Shown in pieces: positions 40,277 to 52,506 of a stretch of DNA of 64,000 nt. Each line of letters starts with the position of its first letter. The stretch's first letter is position 1. The notes under the pieces were generated by a model. It made no database searches. It saw only the letters and a program-made list of their open reading frames with translations, and was not told where the DNA came from. The translations under genes and the position numbers were made by a program. This stretch comes from the human T2T-CHM13v2.0 reference genome, Homo sapiens, in NCBI RefSeq assembly GCF_009914755.1, contig NC_060935.1, one strand, 5' to 3'.

Positions 40277-43149
40277 TTCATTTATAAGAAAACCCACTTG
40301 ACAGGGTTTTGGGGAGGATTATATAAGTTATTGATGTTTAAGCCCTTTATATGCCCAATGTATGTTAAAGGGGCATGTTTTATAATTGTCAGTTTAAAAT
40401 TATTTTATTGGTTTTCCAAGAACTTCTGTTCAGTTAGTTTTGTGCACCATTCCAATAGAAAGGGTGAAAAGTTACCAAAGGAGAGTGGTCACATCATTCA
40501 TTCATTTTGGTTTCAGGAAAAGGTTACATGTAAAAATATATTTTATTGGCAGTTGTCTTGACATCTAATCTTTGTTTCTTAGGTCATCTACCATGGACAT
40601 TGCTCCTATACAACTTGACCAGGGTGTTGTATAGATACCCTCTTTGCTAGAGGGTTCATAGGGTTTAAGTTAGTCACCAGGCTGTTTGGAATAAAACAAT
40701 TTGAATCCATATTGATGAATAACATCCAAAGCTTCATTGGAGTTTTATCTAACCTTTATTGATTCTGTCTCTCCAAAGTTTAAAGTTTAGATCTCCTGGT
40801 TCTCATTTTCTTAAAAATTATAGCCTGACTTGTCAATCTGCTTTCCATCACCTTTATAGTTATGTTTCTAGGAATTTCTTTGATTGGGCTGCTGACTCTT
40901 AAACTTTTCTGTAAGGCAAAAGTTTAGCAGACATGCTAAATTGACCTAATAAAGAACGTTATACCTTGAATAAATACACATAGTATGCAATTGAATATCT
41001 CCTACCAACTGATGAGGGTATATTTCATCATTCTTTTCACTTATCATTTGTTAGCCTCCGGGCATATTTAAAAGAAGATCCTCATCAGCCCTGATGAATG
41101 CTGGTATTTGGCCAGCTCTACAACTTCAGAACAAAGTGGAGGAATGACTCAATTATCCCTGCTCATGCCCGAATTATCTGTGTAATTGGGACAGAGAAGT
41201 GCAAGCAAAGAATATTGCCTATTGCTATTTTTAAGCTCTGCTCCTGCTGCATTGTTCTTCTTATGTTTCACTAGTGCTGTCACTGGCTTTAAATATTTTA
41301 CATATCATAATTAATGATTTGGTTGCAACCTGAGGCTTTCTTAGCAAAGGGCACAATTTTGCAAATAATTACATAGGTGATATCATTTATGAATAGAAAA
41401 TGAACAGCTACATCATCAGTGTGTTTCCAGTTCTGCATATTTAAATAGCATGTTGTCATTCATGAGTGATAGTTGTAAGGGGGCTATTATTGTCGAAAGC
41501 TCAGGTATGTGTGGGAAGGAAATGAGCATTAATAGGATGATAATTGATCTTTAATGATATAAAGAGAGAATGGTCTACTTAACCTCCAGAGTGCTTAACG
41601 GTAAAGGGGAAACATATTCAACTAGATCTTCATGCACAAGCATGAGGCTTTATGCTCCCTGGGTTGTATTTTGGTTTTGGTTTTGTTTTTTCCTTTTAAA
41701 TAGAAAGTGGAACTCTAGCCCTTAAAAGGCAAAACAAAATACAATTCAATCAAAGCCCAGACTTTAGAAAACCTGTGGTACCATACTTTCATGTCATGCA
41801 TTTTATAATGATAAATAGTAGGTGTTTCCAATTTTAGTGAACTCTCCTGTTTACTAAGTAATAGTTTACATTCATTTAAAGTTAGATGTCTGCTATTGAA
41901 GGGAAAACCTGTTTTAATACTCAATCTAAACGGGCACTTCCACAACCAAAGACAACTTGGCTATAAATAGATAGTCATGATGTTATTGCAGCTGAGGAGA
42001 TTTCATCCCATTAGAAACTTCACTCAGAAATGTAGAGGAGTGCTTAATAATGAATGAATGAATGTGATTTAAGGCCGCTTTATAGTGATGACACTTTTCC
42101 TATAAATATTACAGAGACGTTTAAATTTTTATCTCCCGTAATTCTAATGAATGAATTTTCCTGACCCTTACTGAAAATGATACCTGTAAAGTCTGCAATT
42201 TACTGATGATTGCTTGGCCTATTAAAGAAACTTGGGTTTCCAAACATTTTCATTTCATTCATAGATTCCTGTAATGCCTTTGGAACCAAAGTTCAAAGAA
42301 TTGCTTCCAGCATTAACCATTGGAAAAATGTTTTAGTTTCTTTAACAACTAACTAACTTCATTAACACATTAAAAGCCCAACTGAAGTGGAAATGTGGGG
42401 ACATGGATGAAGCCACTTTCCTGTGGGTGGTGTGCTAGGAAAATAAACAATAAAAGGAAGGAGAATGGTGCTGCTGTTGCTGTACTTTACATGGGTGCGT
42501 TCAACCCATTTCCATTTGCAAAACGAGTAAAATACTATTGCATTCCAACTTGATAAAGCATAAAGACTAAAGGACTGGGAGCCAGAAGTCTTGTTATAAT
42601 TACTTTCAGTGTTAAAGTGTTGATACTAAGTAATAACTATGTACTAACACTAATTAAGTTCTATCAAATACAAGAGAAGGCTATCCTACAGTGATCTAGA
42701 ATTATCAAAATTTCCAGAAAACTGTAGCTTAACTTTTCCAGCAACAGAGTTTGATTTATTTACCAATTTCTTTTGATGAAAAACTGTCTAAATTGCCAAT
42801 AATTCCACCTACATGGCCTAGGTAGAATGAATATCAAACACATTTAATTTATTCAATTAACAATTTTTGAAAATCTACTATAATTTGACCACTGTACTAG
42901 GGGATAAGGATGTGCTATTTCAAAGAGTGTATCTGCAAAGTTCACAAGAATATGAGCATACAAACTACTATGAGAATATAGTAGGGAGAGATGAACTGGG
43001 ACGCTTTCCAGCCATAATGCTGGACTGAATATTAAGGGATGAGTTCTTTCTTATTCATGGAAGAAAATACATTTCAGGCAGAGAGCAAGTATTGGAAGCA
43101 TCCATAAATAGGGAACAAAATTTAACTTTTCTGATAACATGTGTTCTTG

Positions 43150-43771
43150 GTTCATACTTTTCCTCCTCCTCACCCTCATATTTAATTGGTCACTGTAAAT
43201 TTGATTCCTCCCACCCCACCATATCTCATGAAACTCAACTCTTTTTCTCATATTTGCCCTACTACGACTGCCTTAGTTCAGGTTCTCATTGTTCTTCCGT
43301 GGACTATTATTACAGTAGCCTTCCTGCCTCCTGCCTTGCCTTCCATCCTATTATCCACACTGTTCTCAGAATAAGTTTCTTGAAACACATACCCAACCCC
43401 ATGGCTCCCGTCTTTTGGCTCCACCAACTCCTGGAGGAAACCCAGACCCCAAGCACTATTCAGAACCTTTTTTCCTGTCACATTTTCATGTCCATACTTC
43501 TCCTTTCCTCAACTCACTGATTTGCTTACAATTTTCCAAACATTTTATGCTTTTTTTTGGTCTCCCTGCTTTTACACATGCTCTTTTCTATGCCCGAAAC
43601 CACCCTTCATCTCTTGGCCCTCGGCCCAAACTCTACATGTCTTTTAAGACACATATCAAGTATTCTCTCCCCATAAAAGCAGTTCCTGACTCTCCCTGCT
43701 TCACTTAGAGGATCCTCCTTTGTTTTCTCATAATATACATTCTTCTCGTCTAGTCTGTATTTCAAAATTAA

Positions 43772-43818
<47 letters not shown>

Positions 43819-43930
43819 TTGCTAAAAAATAAGCATCCTGAGGGCAGGAACTATGTTTTATCTCTTCATATATGACTCCTAACACTATACTCTGCATAAC
43901 AGAAATTATCGAGAGATGAATGAATTAATG
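43150..43930 (+). mobile_element. L2 fragment
   Basis: gccttagttcaggttctcattg...ggactattattacagtagccttc...cctgagggcaggaactatg...gaatgaat. Confidence 0.8.
43777..43816 (+). repeat. (TG)20 microsatellite
   Basis: Read directly from the sequence. Confidence 0.98.
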
Positions 43931-44132
43931 AGGTACTTCTATTTCCCAGGATTGCAATGTGTTCACTATTCTTATATACTGATATCACATATTATAGAAA
44001 AATTCAGTCATCTTGAAGTTCTCTTGTAAATTTTGGTACATCCATTGCCTAGGATGAGTCCCTTAGAGTCCCTGGCTCATAGACTCTGATCCATCAATAC
44101 TTGTTGTTGCTTGAATGAATGAAGGAATCTAG

Positions 44133-44575
44133 TGTTATGGGTTGAATTGTATCCCTCCAAAAGATGTTGAATCTTACATCTGTAGTAGCTCTGCCTTATT
44201 TCCTTATTTGGAAATAAGTTCTTTGCAGATGACCAAGTAAAGATGAAGTCAGTAGTGGGAGTCTTACTCCAATATGACTGCATCCTTATGGAAAGTGGAT
44301 ATTTGGACACAGAAAGAAACACAGGGAGAATGCCATGTGAAGATTGAAGTGATGCTGCCATAAACCAAGGAATGACAAATATTGCTAGAAAATAAATGAA
44401 AGCTCAGAGAAAGGAATGGAGCAGATTCTCTCTTGTAGCCCTCAGAAGGATCCAACCCTACCAACATCTTGTTCTTGGGCTTCCAGCCTACAGAGCTTTG
44501 AGACAATAAATTTCTGTCATTCTAAGCCATTCAGTTTGTGGTACTTTGTTATGGAAGCTCTAGGAAACTAACATA
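44133..44575 (+). mobile_element. MLT1B/C MaLR solo LTR
   Basis: tgttatgggttgaattgtatccc...cagcctacagagctttgagacaataaatttctg...ctaggaaactaacata, with 5-bp TSD TCTAG/CCTAG. Confidence 0.9.
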
Positions 44576-46544
44576 CCTAGAAGTAAAGGTTTAGGTATTT
44601 TCAGCACATCCAGGGACTAGTATGAATCTGTAGGAAGACTGCAGTGGCTATTAATGAAAATTGTGGATGTAGTGAAGGCAGAAGTTTAAGATTCACTGTC
44701 AACCATGGCTAGTGAGAGATTTTTTGTGGGTGTTGGGAAAAAGATACAGATTCTTGTGTTAAGGAGTGTTGGGGAAATCTGTATTTTACAGTTCAGAAAT
44801 AGATTCTTAGATGACTGATCGAAGCATGTGTAGTTTTACAAAAACCACCCCAGGTGATTTGGGTGTACACCCAAGTGAGTGACTGGGAAGTAATGACCTT
44901 CTCCTTTGCCACCTCAGGCTGGCTCAAGCAGGGTTGCACTGCCTCCGTCTGGGTTACCTTTTCTTCTCTGTGTGCATTTCACTAATGGTCAGATTGCAGC
45001 GAGTGTGAGACAGGACCCCCTCGTTCATTTTCGGATGAGGCTCTGCTCACTGATGATAAACCTGTTTAATTTTACAATTGCAACCTTTTCTCATTTTCAG
45101 TTTGGCTTTCTTCCTATTTTTCAAAATTCACATATAGTACTCAGTCTTGATAAAACTTCTGCAGTTTCTCTCTGAGGTTGGGCTTTCCCATCATATTTAT
45201 TTAAGGAAACAACCCTTTCTCTATCCCCCTACCTGACACACCCCACGAATCTTGCATTCTCTGTTTTTCTACCTGGCTCTCAAGCATTGCTCCCTGTATC
45301 AGAACAGCTGGACTCAAACATTGCCAAGACTAGTTAAACATAAGTCTTTCCAGGTTAACTATTGATTTATTATCTGATTGAATGTTTTGCCCTTTTGAAT
45401 TTAAAGTAAATCAGGATCTCAAGAGAATCAGAGGGAAAGGGCATAGGGTTAAATGGTTGTTTCACAAACATTCAAAGAGGAAAGATACTTTCAGAACCAG
45501 GCTAATGTACATTGCTTGTGAAGAAATACAGAGATTCTAGTATTTTTTTAAATTAATAAATATAAAAGCAAAATGGGACCAAGAGATTTGAATTTAGTGT
45601 ACATAAAATGAAAGAGCTCGTAGAACTTCCTCTGCATTTAAAGCAATCAGCTAGAGCACAACCTAAGTGGAAATGGATATGTTTGAAAAAATCTATATGC
45701 TCGTTGCCGAATGGTATGTTTGAGAGACTTGCTAAGTGCTTACATTAATACATCCTGAAGTACTTTCTAATCAAACATATTATTGCATTACTTTCCATAC
45801 TGCTGTAAGTTGGAAAGTTTTCTCATATGTTAGTGGTTTTTAAAATCACATATTAAGTCCTCATTGCAGATTCAATTCATCATCTCCCATTATTCTAAAA
45901 TGTTGTGTTAGTTTTCGCTAAGCTTTGTGGCTGGCCATTGTTATGCCTCAACATACCAGGCTGTCAGTTTGGAGATGGTGCATCTGCTGTCCTTGTTGTG
46001 CAAATCGGGTAGTGTTTTTTCCACAATTAGACCAGTGGCTGTTGGTGTGTGTGTTGGAGGAGAGGATACTTGCAGTGATGACAAGTGGGAAAAATTTATT
46101 CTGTGGAAGCTCAAATCATTTTGGTGAAGCCAAGTTCAAGGCCCATCCAACATATGTCTATAGCAACTTGTGGCTGAAATTTTACACCTGCTTATATTAT
46201 ACATGAATTGGGCCTGGTATCATGTGAATTGTTGTTGGTGAAACTTGAAACTATGTAAAAATTATCTGGTTTCAGCTCTGGTTTCCAAAGACTCACACAA
46301 TAATGATAGAGTGTGCAGGTGAACCTGGGCGCATTTGTATAGTTCTACTGGCTTAAACCCAGGGGACTGTTAGTGAGTTAAAGCTGTGAAACAGGCAGGA
46401 GAAGTGGTCATACATTTCTAGGGGAAAGTGTAACAAGGATCAGAGATACATTCAAATGAAAGAAGCTGGTAAAGCCAAATCTTTCCTGGAGAACACCAAG
46501 AGTGCAGGCATTGCCTCTGCCCCTCATCCACCACTTATACTTTG

Positions 46545-46850
46545 AAACTTTCTATTATTCCTTCCAGATTCAATTCAAATATCACCTTCTCTGTGAAACT
46601 TTCCTTGACCCCACTGATCAGCACTAGACGATTCTATCCTCTGTGCTTCTCAAATACTTTATTTCCCTCTATTCTAAATGTAAGTACATTTTCTGGCAAT
46701 TTTGTTTATTTCTTTTTTCCCCTCCCCTTGCCAACTCTGAACTCTAAAACACAGAAACTATTATATTTATTCGTTGTTGTGTTCCTAGTAGTTAGCATAG
46801 TGCCTAGCCTGTAATAACCAATCAATATTTGTTGCATGAATACATGACAG
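46545..46850 (+). mobile_element. L2 3' fragment
   Basis: aaatatcaccttctctgtgaaactttcc...agcatagtgcctagc...caatatttgttgcatgaat. Confidence 0.75.
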
Positions 46851-47207
46851 AATTGGTTGACTATGTGTCATCATTTTTGTTTTGCTGTTTAAGAAGTGTA
46901 TGTAAGCAGAATGTCAAGCCATAAAAAGGTGCAGGGATTACTAAGAAATTGGTCTACTGTTGTAAATAAACTCTTGCATCTTCTAGTGGGGGGTAAATGT
47001 GGGAAAGAACTAAGGAGACCAAAGCCTAAGCTAAAGCAAATAGTACTTAGAGCCAAGGCTTCAGAAAACAGAGGCAGAGTCATGAAGGACTGGGTATTGG
47101 TTTATCTGCACTAGGGTTAAGCAAGAAGAAAGAAATGAAAATGAAACAAAAAAAGAAAGAAGAATTTAGCTAGATATAAAAAAGCTGTTATGTTTGTTTA
47201 TAAGTGA

Positions 47208-47664
<457 letters not shown>

Positions 47665-47825
47665 TAGTATTATTTTCTAAACTTGCCCAAGAGTAATAAT
47701 TCCCTAGGACATGAATAAACAATGGAGATCCCAATACATCTTCTGAATGAGAGTCTTGGGAGGTAGAGGCTGGGAATCTGCTTTTTAATAAAACATTTGG
47801 TGATTCTTATCAAGTTTGAATTTAT
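47665..47825. mobile_element. MER5-type hAT MITE
   Basis: ctgggaatctgctttttaataaaacatttggtgattctta resembles MER5. Confidence 0.6.
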
Positions 47826-49343
47826 CTTCAGGATGAAGGTGCTTTTCCTTAGAAAAGCAAGTCTACTCCCTGGCTCTGGCCTCATTTGCTATGCTTTCCC
47901 ATTATGTTCTAGTACTAATAGCAAACAGTTTCAGATCTCCATTTCCTTCCAAATGCTGTCATCTTTACTTAAATTCTATTCACACTTCAAAACCAACCTC
48001 AAATGATACTTCCTCTGAAAAGCCTGTTTGCACCCTCCTCCAAAAAGTACTGGACTTTATCGTATCACATTGTCTTTTCTGACCTTCATTTATGTTTCCT
48101 TTATAGCAGCATCTTCTTAAGATTAGCAAACATGTCTAATTTATTTATATTATGTGTCCAAGACCTAGCTTAATGCCTGGCACATAACAGACATTCAAGA
48201 AATCCATCCATCCACTCATTTATTCATTCATATATTTAATTATTCATTTAATATATATTGCTTGACTTCTTGTTATGTGCTAGATATCTCTAACCTACAT
48301 ACCTTTAACCCTTTGTTAAAAGCTGTCTCAAATGATGCTCCTCTGTGATGATTATCTGGATGGCTTCAGCCTTGCCAGGACTCTCTCATCTTTATAAGCT
48401 TTCATAATGACCACATCCTATTTTTTTCCCTCTCTCTCTTTTTCTCTTTTTGTAAATGTCCATTTGATTAGCATGAAAATGATTTGTAAGCAGGGACAAC
48501 AGTTTAGATTTTATTTGCATAAAATACTGTAGAATACAGTGGCATGTTTGGAGTCGGCTATATCTATAATTATATATTTTTTACATATCTGTAGTAAATA
48601 TGTCACAATGCTAATGTTTTTTAAGTGTCAGTGATGGGTACACAGGAGTCTGTGATGTAAGTTTCTGAGGCTTGAAATAGCTAATAATTTTAAAATATTA
48701 CAATATTTTAGGTCCAGAATTCTTGGCCTGAGAATCATTTACCCTTTAGTTCAGGAATTTAATAAACTCCCTGAAATTATATATAATTATTAAAGTATGT
48801 TTATTTTTTGGAGAGTGAAAGCTCATAACTTCAAGTACATTTTCAAAGAGTTCTATGACCTCACATCATTTAAGAGCAATTCTTCTGGACATGTAGTAAT
48901 AATGGCAGAATAATTTATTTGTGGAGAAATGTATAATTTACAAAGAACTTTCTCATGCATTAGGCTTTTCATTCCTCACAGCAGCCCTGAGAAGCAGCCA
49001 TGGCAGGCATTCTTAACTATTGATCAAATAAGGAAACTAACACTTGGATAGGTTAAGAGCCTCCACTGGAGCTTATGTCTCACAGCTCCAGAGCTGGAGC
49101 TCTTTCTGCTATTTGCACCAAATGGCTTCTTTCCATAAATACTGGTTTGCTTAATCTTCTTTGGACATATGGAGTAGGTTAAGCTCCTGCCAGCAGCAGA
49201 CAGGCAGGTAAAACTTAAATTACCCTTTATACTTAATGAATGAGGTGAGTTACTTTCATCTCTCAGTCATTAGTCATCAGTGTCCTGCTTGTGTATAAAA
49301 GGAATTTCCTTCTCACTCCTTTATCCTAAATACAGATTAATTA

Positions 49344-49353
49344 GGAAAGTCCC
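49344..49353 (-). promoter_or_regulatory. Canonical NF-kB site GGGACTTTCC
   Basis: Plus strand GGAAAGTCCC is the exact reverse complement of the classical kB element. Function is not shown. Confidence 0.4.
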
Positions 49354-49974
49354 TGGACTCTCAGCATCAGAATCTTCTTGTTCATCATTGAGAACCATTT
49401 GTGGAATGCATTTCATACTCAAGACACTGTACTTAGCACTAACAACTCTAAATGAGAGCTGATATAAGCAGGCAGCTGGACAATTAATGCCAAAGTAGGC
49501 TAGCTGTCCAGCTACTGCAACCACTAAATACAGTTTCAGCAATACAGAGGAGTGTATGTTGAGGGTCTTAAAATGAACACTTTGATTTCTACTTCTAAAA
49601 ATTGGTCTTAAATAATCATAAATCTTGAAAACGTTTACAGAGAGCATTATTAAAAATGTTAAAAGAATAGATACAACATAAACCTCCAACAATAAATCAA
49701 TTGGTATGCAAATTATGATTAATCACTTAGCTGATGAACAAGTGATTCTTAATCTTTTCTTTTTAACTCAACACACTTGAGGCACACCACACCTTTACCT
49801 GCAACACTGAATCACTATTGCAAAGACTGACAGCTGAAGAAGCAAGAAGCGATAAATAAAAATCTTTTGAGGAAGGGCAGAAGGTCTACTTTAAAATGCA
49901 CTTCATGGTGTTCTGCCACTCTCCCCCTTCCTAGTATAAGAAATATTCTTACTTACTGGAAAATTAATGGTTTA

Positions 49975-50390
49975 TGACATTATAAAATATTCATCTTTTG
50001 GTTTTGACTATCTACTGTTTCTCCTAGCTGCACTTTTGGTAACAGCACCTTACCTTTCTTTGGGAAATTGCTGTTTTCCAACTTATTATTCCCAGAGGTG
50101 TCAGTCACAGTACTCCGCACCGACACTGAAACTGATCCAGGGTCAACCAGAGTCTTTCCCTGGGAGCCCGAATGCCCCTCATTCCTCTGGGGTCCTAAGC
50201 TGCCAAGACATCAAAACAATCTCCCCCTTCTTGACACATTATATGGATGTTTCCTGTTTGTAATGACTACGAAAAACACCTGCTCAGCACATTCTCCCAA
50301 GTTACCTGCATGAACATAATTATCTTTTGTTTTCCCCTTAAGTTAATTTGTTTGGGTTTTTCTCACAAGCAAAGGAGTCTTGACTATAAC
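49975..50390 (+). mobile_element. Degenerate ERVL LTR (LTR16-like)
   Basis: ttttggtaacagcacc...caaccagagtctttccctggga...cttaagttaatttgtttgggttttct...ttgactata. Confidence 0.45.
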
Positions 50391-52422
50391 AAGTTAATAT
50401 GGATCATAGTAATGTACATGCACTAAAAACAAAACTAAACAAAAAATCCAGCAAAACTCCAAAATTGCATTCATTAACTAGTACTCTGAAACTGTTCTAA
50501 AATAATGATTATTGATTTATTATAGATGGATTTTTCTCTTGGTCATTCTACTTTTCTACATATTTTCCCAAATTTTCTATAATAGGTATATACTTCATTT
50601 TAAACTGTAAACAGCAGCAGTCACAACACAAGTAATTTGGCACCATGGCAACCTCCCAGAGAGGAAGGAGAACAGGAAGGGAGACATACAGGCAGTTAGG
50701 TACAGATTGATTACTGAATGGTATATTGTTTCCTTCCCAGTTCCACCAATTGCTTCTTGGGGAAATATGCTAAGCTCTGTTGATATATTTAAGTTAAATG
50801 CTGTCAAACATCTATAGCTATCATAAAGGTTAGTAGTGGGAAATGTGAAATTGACATTTGTTCCTGGGAAATGTGTTGGTGGTTTACTGGGAGAGAATGT
50901 CTGGTAATTAGAGGGAAAGGTTAAAAAAGAAGGCCTTTATTTTAATAGATAGTACAGAGTAAATGTCTTGGTCAATCTTATGAGACTCATGAAATGTTCT
51001 GACATCACTGGAGTTAAGCTGCCAAAAGAGATACTGACTGGGCCAGGACTAAGATGGACTATCTCAGCAAGCCATCTGCAGTTTAATCCCAGCAGCTGAT
51101 TGTTAGATAATGTTTGACTATTACTTCAGGAGGAGTGAAATGGCTATGATGATCTTTATATCCTCTTAGCTTTATCAGCAATTGTCAGAGCCTTGAATAC
51201 AGCTGACTTTAGGTTATCTTTCTTTATCCGAGAGAAGCCCCAGGTTCTAGAATCTCATGATGTGTGATAGCCATCCACTCTAAACCAAGGGACAATAACA
51301 GAGCCTCCACAATAGACTACAACCAGTGTAGGTTTCTGAGTCTTCATGTAGGCAATTTACTAGTAAAGTGCAGGACATTTAAAACTGAGCTAAGGGTTAT
51401 AGTATAATGGGATTCAGTCTCACTGTCAAGAGATGGATGTAGCAGGACTCTCCAAGCTAATGTAGTGGTTAAGAGATTCTTGGGGGAAAAAAAAATCACA
51501 TTAAGTATAATCTTCGGAAATTTGAACAGTAAACTCAGGCAGTCATCATTTAGTTCAAGAACTGTGTTCTGCAAGCTGACATTCCAAATTAGAGAAGATT
51601 AAACCATGACATGGGTTGGAGGAACATCTTTTATGGCCCCTCTCTGCCCTGTGTTTCTGAGACATGTTCTCGTGACAGATTAAAAAGTTAATGTGGTGGT
51701 TGCACACACTTACCCAAACACGTTATTATTTGACCCTGAGATAAGAAAATTAATTTAGCAGAGACTTGTATCAGGGCTTTATCATGCCTCACCTAGATCT
51801 CCACTATTGGCTGATCTCAGCTTCTACCTGTTAACCCTTCCAGTTCATCTTCCTCACCATTACTCATCAGTCATCTTCCAAAAATAAGTCTAATGAGAAC
51901 TTGCTTCTGTGTAAAAATAAAACAAAACAACTGAAGAACCAAACTCTTCTGTTAGTTTTCTATTGTCCATAGAACTAAATCTACTTCTTTATGTTGATAG
52001 TTATTCTCACCCCAACCTATCACCTTGGACCACTTCCTGCTGCTCTTCACAGGCTCCTGTCTTCTCCAGCTACCTCAAATTTCCACATATTCCTTAATAT
52101 GCCAAGATTTTTTTGTGTCTCTGAGACTTTATTCACATAGGTTCATTGGAATGCTCTGCCTCCTCTACTGTCAGGGGAGGTTAGTGCAAGAGAGAAACAC
52201 AGAAGGCAGTGGTGGGGAGCTGTAAAAATCATGGTAGAGAATTTGTACTTAAGAGCAGAAGCTAGACTCAGGTGATCTTGAATGAAAATGCTTAGGGTGA
52301 TAACTGTCTGGGATCCTCTTCTATTATCAGGAATCTGGGATTTCTGGAAAGAGAGGGACTCCATAACAAGTTGCCAAGTTGTGTTATAACTTACACGCTT
52401 GCAATTTTTTTTCCTCTTGCAG

Positions 52423-52506
52423 TTTAAGTCTCTAAGAATATGCCCTTCAGCCTTCTTACCTTGACTTCTGGAACTTTATTGGTGAAAAAAAACTACGGCA
52501 TGACTC
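52423..52506 (+). other. Candidate non-coding exon (84 nt)
   Basis: Acceptor ttttttttcctcttgcAG (52421-52422) and donor CTC|GTAAGT (52507). Stop codons occur in all three frames. Confidence 0.35.

Noticed and set aside
40606-40634. 9-bp perfect hairpin CTATACAAC-N11-GTTGTATAG
   Set aside because: A stem this short can arise by chance in 64 kb and is too small for a pre-miRNA.
43092-43520. 142-aa ORF, and the 145-aa ORF at 57208-57645
   Set aside because: They overlap decayed L2 or L1 sequence, start at non-ATG codons and have non-protein-like composition.
49321-49692. 123-aa minus ORF with acidic NDEQEDSDAESP patch
   Set aside because: No flanking splice signals or recognisable domain, and no ATG at the annotated start.
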